Position numbers and translations under genes: made by a program. Under the pieces are notes generated by a model, which saw only the letters and a list, made by a program, of their open reading frames with translations, had not been told where the DNA came from and did not search any database. A stretch of DNA of 64,000 nucleotides from a phage: the sequence record PZ347661.1. The stretch is one strand, 5' to 3'. Position 1 is the stretch's first letter. Each line of letters starts with the position of its first letter. Below are positions 58,961 to 64,000 of this stretch, piece after piece.

Positions 58961-60550
58961 TCACACAATATATGAACGTAGTGGGTTAACACTATCTTCT
59001 TCTTCGTCATCCCACATTGGGTCGCCTTTGTTATCCACCATAGTCATACCTGCTTGTGGTTTCCAAGGATTGAGATAACCCAGCATGGAGATAGTATCAA
59101 TACAGTCATCCTTGCCTTTAATTCCATTAATGGTAGCTAGTTTAATCTGGCCCATGAACAGACCCATAATAGTTGAATCTCTCAACTCTTCCGGGAAGTA
59201 CATTTTACCAGCCTTGAACCATGGAACTACCAGGTTAAAGCGTGACAGCTTAGAGGTTACAGGACGTATGCCTGGCTTACCACCCTCAGAGGATGCAAAG
59301 TTAAAGAAGACATTACGGTTAATCATTTCTTTCTGAAGGAGTGAGATGAATCCATTCTGCTGTCCTGTGATTTCGACCCCAACGTTTTGCGGTTGGTATT
59401 CCTGAACCAGACGGAACAGGTCGTCAAAGTTTTTATCCATAAGCTGACGATTAGCCACACCATCAACCCAGAACCAATCTCCATTAGAACTATAAGCCCA
59501 AACTGATATGACACTGTAGTCACTGGTCTGTTTCTCCGATGTAGCAAAGTCGGTTGTAATATAATAGTTGTAGCAAGACTTCATCCTTAACAGCTGCTGT
59601 CTGCTATACCATCTTATTTCACTATCCTGAACCAGTCTCTCATCCTCAGAACTAATACGAAGCATTAGTTCCTGGTAGAAGCCAGCCAACTTACCAGTCT
59701 TAACTGCCATGTCATATTGGGCTTTGATGTAGTCATAAGAGAAACGGTCATCCCATGCACCCTGAAATTCTTCTCTGCTACAAGGGAACTTCTCACACAC
59801 AGGCCATACGTTGACATCCCATGCACCAGACTCAACAGCTTCAATGATAATGTCTTCCTTATTAAAGGGAGTACCATTGAAGATTACTTTACGACGAGTA
59901 GGGTCAAGAGCATGGTTCACACCTTTATAGACAGTATCTTTAATAGCTTCCATACTCGTCTTGGAGTTAGCATCACCATCACTAATCAAGTCATCCAGTA
60001 CACAGAGTGTTGGACGTTTACCATATATCTTTGTACCACGAAGACCTGTCTTAGCACCAAACAGCTTAACACCAAGTCGATGTCCTTCTACATTACGAAA
60101 CTCTAATAGGTTATCCGTAAAGGTAGCTTCAGGTATCCATTGCTGGAGGAACTCACTATTCTTGTAACGGAACTCAATGTTCTTACGTGCAGACTTAGCA
60201 CCGTTATCCATTGAGTCAGATACGTAAATCATTCCTTCTACTTTACCCAGGCTAGGTAAGTGACCAAACACTGCCAGGAACAAAGTAAAGTATTCCATGA
60301 ACACAGCAGTCTTGCCTGCACCACGGAAGCACAGGTTAACCACATACTGGTTCGGGCTAATCATCTTATCCAGCATCTTCAAGTGAACTGGAGGTGTTTT
60401 GTTGGATTCACCCTCTTTGCCATTAACCAACTTAATAAAGTTGGCAAAGGTAAGAGCAAACTGACTAGGAACATAGTTAGAAGAATTAAGGTGGGAGTAA
60501 TCCACCTGGTCTAGCCATTCATCCAGTTCCTGTTTAATTAACTCAGACAT
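58961..60550 (-). CDS. terminase large subunit
   Basis: Walker A CFRGAGKT, Walker B LCVLDD, nuclease-domain motifs ITTDFATS and DDCIDT; ATG 60550 overlaps upstream stop. Confidence 0.8.
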   Translation of the reverse strand: MSELIKQELDEWLDQVDYSHLNSSNYVPSQFALTFANFIKLVNGKEGESNKTPPVHLKMLDKMISPNQYVVNLCFRGAGKTAVFMEYFTLFLAVFGHLPSLGKVEGMIYVSDSMDNGAKSARKNIEFRYKNSEFLQQWIPEATFTDNLLEFRNVEGHRLGVKLFGAKTGLRGTKIYGKRPTLCVLDDLISDGDANSKTSMEAIKDTVYKGVNHALDPTRRKVIFNGTPFNKEDIIIEAVESGAWDVNVWPVCEKFPCSREEFQGAWDDRFSYDYIKAQYDMAVKTGKLAGFYQELMLRISSEDERLVQDSEIRWYSRQQLLRMKSCYNYYITTDFATSEKQTSDYSVISVWAYSSNGDWFWVDGVANRQLMDKNFDDLFRLVQEYQPQNVGVEITGQQNGFISLLQKEMINRNVFFNFASSEGGKPGIRPVTSKLSRFNLVVPWFKAGKMYFPEELRDSTIMGLFMGQIKLATINGIKGKDDCIDTISMLGYLNPWKPQAGMTMVDNKGDPMWDDEEEDSVNPLRSYIV

Positions 60551-61232
60551 CTGTAATGTCCTCATCTGCACGTACTAGTTTAGAACCAGCAACCTCTTTG
60601 GTAGGTACACCACTATTGATTGCATTAATTTGCTGCTCAGCCAATGCAGCGAGTGTTGCCTTGAGGTCGGTTAATCCAGAGTTCTCTCTCAAGTCCAGAT
60701 TGATATTTGTTACCTGGTCCTTTGGTTTAGCTAAGTGAGTAAGGATAGAGTTAGCTGCATCACATCTTACCTTCTCGCTTGCTGCCGAAGTCATCAGTTC
60801 AACCTGAACATTGATTGCCTTCTGATAGTTGTCCTGGTTCACAATCCACACTGGAACCAAACTTTGTTCCATGATGAGGTTAACTAACTTACCTCTGTGG
60901 TAAGCAGATACATAAGCACTAATATCTTTCTCACTGGTTCCTCGTGCAACAAGTTCTGCTTGTCGGTTAGGGAATGTTTTAAAGTAGGCTTCCTTATTTG
61001 AGTAACCCATATGTTTGTAAGTCACATACTGAACTGCATTCATGTAGTCCTGTGTCTTAAACTTACCTTCCTTCATTACACCAGAGTAGGAGATAAAGTT
61101 TTCACGAAAGGACTCAGCAACCAGTTGGTCTTGGGTTATGTTGTTAATCGTGTCTACCAATTCCTGGGTAACACTGTTTTTGAAGTTAGCAGGTAAGGCA
61201 TTAATAATCTGCTGCTTAGTTAGTTCACTCAT
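60543..61232 (-). CDS. terminase small subunit-like protein (putative)
   Basis: 229-aa ORF immediately upstream of and overlapping the large terminase; first gene of the late strand block. Confidence 0.4.
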   Translation of the reverse strand: MSELTKQQIINALPANFKNSVTQELVDTINNITQDQLVAESFRENFISYSGVMKEGKFKTQDYMNAVQYVTYKHMGYSNKEAYFKTFPNRQAELVARGTSEKDISAYVSAYHRGKLVNLIMEQSLVPVWIVNQDNYQKAINVQVELMTSAASEKVRCDAANSILTHLAKPKDQVTNINLDLRENSGLTDLKATLAALAEQQINAINSGVPTKEVAGSKLVRADEDITDV

Positions 61233-61403
61233 ACTTATCTCGCTACAAAGTTATTTCTATTAAAGAAGATTTTTTTCTTGGGGTGAGTTACCCCTTGAAG
61301 AAACGATACCATACAGTTACACTTTAGTCATGATATAGAAAAAGTTCATGATACTAAATAGTATGTAATGTTCCGATGACCCTATTCCCAAAAGGAGTAA
61401 CCT

Positions 61404-61694
61404 TTGAGAATCTATATGAAAGTCTCAGACTCTAAAGATGAATACAAGGAGCTAGACCACACTAAGGCTGGTTTTCTTTCAGGTGATGTCATTATTACCC
61501 ATAATGAAGATACCTACCATGAATTAGCTGGGATGATGCTTTTAGAGAATCGTCCGGGCATTAAAATCTTAGAACCAAGAGAAACTTACTCTTTAGAAAA
61601 ACGCCCTTCAGCTCTTGTGTTCTTCACAAAATTACCTCATAGTGTCTCCGTCAGGCGAAGCAAAGACAGTGTTCGGATGACGGTGACGATGTGA
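61404..61694 (+). CDS. small protein, paralog family member A
   Basis: TTG start after AAGGAG; motif VIITHNEDTYHELAGMMLLENRPGIKILEP shared with neighbours. Confidence 0.4.
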   Translation: MRIYMKVSDSKDEYKELDHTKAGFLSGDVIITHNEDTYHELAGMMLLENRPGIKILEPRETYSLEKRPSALVFFTKLPHSVSVRRSKDSVRMTVTM

Positions 61695-61894
61695 TTAGTC
61701 ATGCCGCCTAGTAGACAGTGGCGGTACTCGTAAAGAGTTAATAACTTCTACAGTCAGGGTTGCCCGGCTCCTTTCCTACCTAGTAGGCTAACGATACACA
61801 TGTATCTAGGGTGATGAACTGACCCGTGATTGAAAACGGTAAGGGGTAGAGTCGAGAGGCTCTACCCCATTTCTTTTTCAGGAGGTATGCAACT

Positions 61895-62290
61895 ATGAGC
61901 ATCTACGCTTTTGATATTGATATTACCGGTGTACTTCGTAAGCAGGAACCCTACTACCTTGGGGAACCAGAGATGGTTAGTAAGTTCTTGTCTAAACATG
62001 TAGTCTTCCTACCAGACTGTGAAGAATCTCATGAGATAGTTGGTTCATTTTTCCTAAGTAACCTACAAATAAATACACGTATACTTACTGAACCAGTTGT
62101 GTATGACCTTACTGAGTATGCAGACTTCGAAACATTCTTCCCAGGAGTCAGATTCTATAAAGTACCCGGCTGGGAAATGATAGCTGACCATAACGTCTTT
62201 AATAAAACACTTTCCATTTACTTCAGACCTATTCCTAAAGGAAGGAAAATCCATCATGAAATTCATAATGACCATCCCCAGTTTTGCTGA
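61895..62290 (+). CDS. small protein, paralog family member B
   Basis: Motif VVFLPDCEESHEIVGSFFLSN...RILTEP. Confidence 0.4.
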   Translation: MSIYAFDIDITGVLRKQEPYYLGEPEMVSKFLSKHVVFLPDCEESHEIVGSFFLSNLQINTRILTEPVVYDLTEYADFETFFPGVRFYKVPGWEMIADHNVFNKTLSIYFRPIPKGRKIHHEIHNDHPQFC

Positions 62291-62570
62291 AAGGGAATCT
62301 ATGTATACAACTGACTTCACTTTAGAAGAAGTCATGAACAGCAACCCCCAGCAAGTAATCCTGGTTCCTACTTTAGAGGACTACCATGAGGTAAGGGGTC
62401 AACTCTTCTTAGCAGGTAATGACCGTAAGGTTGTATGTATTGTTCCTCCATCTGTCTATACCAACTTTAACTCCGGGGAACCTATCCCATACATGATGGT
62501 GTCTGATGATTACCAATGGGATTGTCGCTATGAGGATGGTGAATCCCGTTACTACTATGTAAGGAAGTAA
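62256..62570 (+). CDS. small protein, paralog family member C
   Basis: Motif VILVPTLEDYHEVRGQLFLAGNDRKVVCIVPP; start overlaps upstream gene. Confidence 0.4.
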   Translation: MKFIMTIPSFAERESMYTTDFTLEEVMNSNPQQVILVPTLEDYHEVRGQLFLAGNDRKVVCIVPPSVYTNFNSGEPIPYMMVSDDYQWDCRYEDGESRYYYVRK

Positions 62571-62573
62571 GGT

Positions 62574-62891
62574 ATGCGCTTCTATGGTTTGAGTTATCGT
62601 AGTACCAGTCCCCTTAATCTGGGGGTAGGTAAATCTCACTGGATTAGAATAAGCACGCCTATGACCATGTACTACGAACAATGCGAAAAAGCAGATGAGT
62701 TCATCGGAACTTGTCTCTTGTTGGGTGTACCCATTACCTTTATTAAAATAGACACTTCCATTGAAGTTCCAGAGAATGTAGTTGTGTATATCTATTCCTC
62801 CAGTGAACCTATGGTAGTTACTACCCTTACAGGTAGACTTATTACCCTCTATCCTTCTACCTCATATTTATCTAGCGACGAGAGCTATTAA
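62574..62891 (+). CDS. small protein, possible divergent paralog D
   Basis: Weaker resemblance (EFIGTCLLLG...IEVPE); 105 aa. Confidence 0.35.
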   Translation: MRFYGLSYRSTSPLNLGVGKSHWIRISTPMTMYYEQCEKADEFIGTCLLLGVPITFIKIDTSIEVPENVVVYIYSSSEPMVVTTLTGRLITLYPSTSYLSSDESY

Positions 62892-63175
62892 TGGTTATCA
62901 GTAAAATTTATTCAGAGCTACCATGGGATGAATACACCCACCATAAAAAAGTAGCTAACCTAGATGCTGATGTACTTATCCTGGTTCCAGACGAGCAGTC
63001 CTTGCATGAACTACAGGGATTGCTTTTCTTATACAATAAGAAAGCAGAAGTACATCTACTTGAACCAGGAACACCTATGTCCTGGCAGGGTAGCTTTAGT
63101 CCTTGGCATCTTAATACAGACAAGTACATTCTATCCTTCGAGGACAACACCCCAATCTATAAGGAAAGGTACTGA
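62891..63175 (+). CDS. small protein, paralog family member E
   Basis: Motif VLILVPDEQSLHELQGLLFLYNKKAEVHLLEP. Confidence 0.4.
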   Translation: MVISKIYSELPWDEYTHHKKVANLDADVLILVPDEQSLHELQGLLFLYNKKAEVHLLEPGTPMSWQGSFSPWHLNTDKYILSFEDNTPIYKERY

Positions 63176-63178
63176 AGT

Positions 63179-63583
63179 ATGAACGTTAAACTCTTAGGGA
63201 TGAAAGGTACAGACTTACTGCACTATTCCTCTGAACCAGAGAAAGCCATCATCCATGCTATGTCCTATGGGGATTCTACGCTAATAATGGAACCAGGGGA
63301 GTTAGCAGATTTTGCACAGGGGCATAGACTTCTCACTAACAGCAAAGCAAAGATAGTTACCCTCAATGAAGGAGATACTTACCTTGCACCAGAAGGGGAT
63401 TACTTCCATATCTTCCTACCGGTAACAGTAAAAACCAGTATGGTAAGAGAAGGTAACTCTTTCAGGTCTATAAGAATACTTGAGTCTAGAAAGATATTTC
63501 CTTGGGATATTAATTTGTCACAACCTTGGGACGTAAACACAGGTGATTATAGTATGCCCTTTGGTATCACAGATAGCTACTAA
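63179..63583 (+). CDS. small protein, possible divergent paralog F
   Basis: 134 aa; weak similarity (LIMEPGELADFAQGHRLL...KIVTLNEG). Confidence 0.35.
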   Translation: MNVKLLGMKGTDLLHYSSEPEKAIIHAMSYGDSTLIMEPGELADFAQGHRLLTNSKAKIVTLNEGDTYLAPEGDYFHIFLPVTVKTSMVREGNSFRSIRILESRKIFPWDINLSQPWDVNTGDYSMPFGITDSY

Positions 63584-64000
63584 CCACTTCCTCCTATTTA
63601 ACTGCTTATAAGGATTAATATGTGGTATATAACAGTAAAAGGCTTACTTGAACCAGTGATAGTACATAGCCTAGCTTTCGTAGAAGTAGGTGGACCATTG
63701 CTTGTAAAGGGTAAGCTATACGAGGTTTTAGGTATTAAACGCTACGATGAGTAGGGGATAGATAGTTATCCCCTATAGTATTTATAAATAAGGTAGAACC
63801 AGTGACAAGATTACAATACCTATGAATCCTACAATGCAAGCACAGGCAATGAAGTGAAGCCAATTCTCAGGGTCTGTAGGATTGTAGTTACCCCATCCAT
63901 CTTTCATGTTAGTACCTCAAAGTTATCTGCTTATAGAGATAGTGCCTATAATATTTTTGCATGTCAAAATTGTGATAGCTATGTACAGCCATAGTGGTGT

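Noticed and set aside
63947-63952. TATAAT hexamer as a sigma70 -10 element
   Set aside because: No acceptable -35 at 16-18 bp spacing on either strand and no TG extension; it is an isolated AT-rich hexamer.
1-64000. CRISPR arrays, integrase or other prophage boundary markers
   Set aside because: No regularly spaced direct repeats and no recombinase-like ORF were seen; the content is that of a lytic phage genome.

Overview
The window reads as most of the genome of an N4-like (Schitoviridae-type) lytic podophage, apparently captured in a permuted arrangement. Positions 35-25021 (+ strand) carry a DNA-metabolism and replication module: MoxR-like AAA+ ATPase, VWA/HExxH protein, dCTP-deaminase-like protein, ThyX, rIIA/rIIB-like pair, SF1 helicase, family-A DNA polymerase, PD-(D/E)xK nuclease, an inserted HNH-AP2 homing endonuclease, primase-like protein, AAA_24 ATPase, SSB-like protein and RuvC-like resolvase. 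Positions 25440-27520 form a gene-free island of tRNA-like and hairpin-rich sequence. Three small + strand genes follow, the last with a DUF2829 (Tad2-like) C-terminal domain. Positions 28714-61232 (- strand) carry the late module: a ~3600-aa virion RNA polymerase, internal virion proteins, major capsid, portal, a holin / SAR-endolysin / Rz-Rz1 lysis cassette, two beta-helix tailspikes and the terminase. Positions 61404-63583 (+ strand) hold a tandem array of paralogous small proteins that look like early genes. No integrase, CRISPR array or rRNA was seen, and the N4 RNAPII subunits were not found in the window. All domain calls come from motifs read by eye in the ORF translations and all RNA folds were done by hand; nothing was searched against a database.
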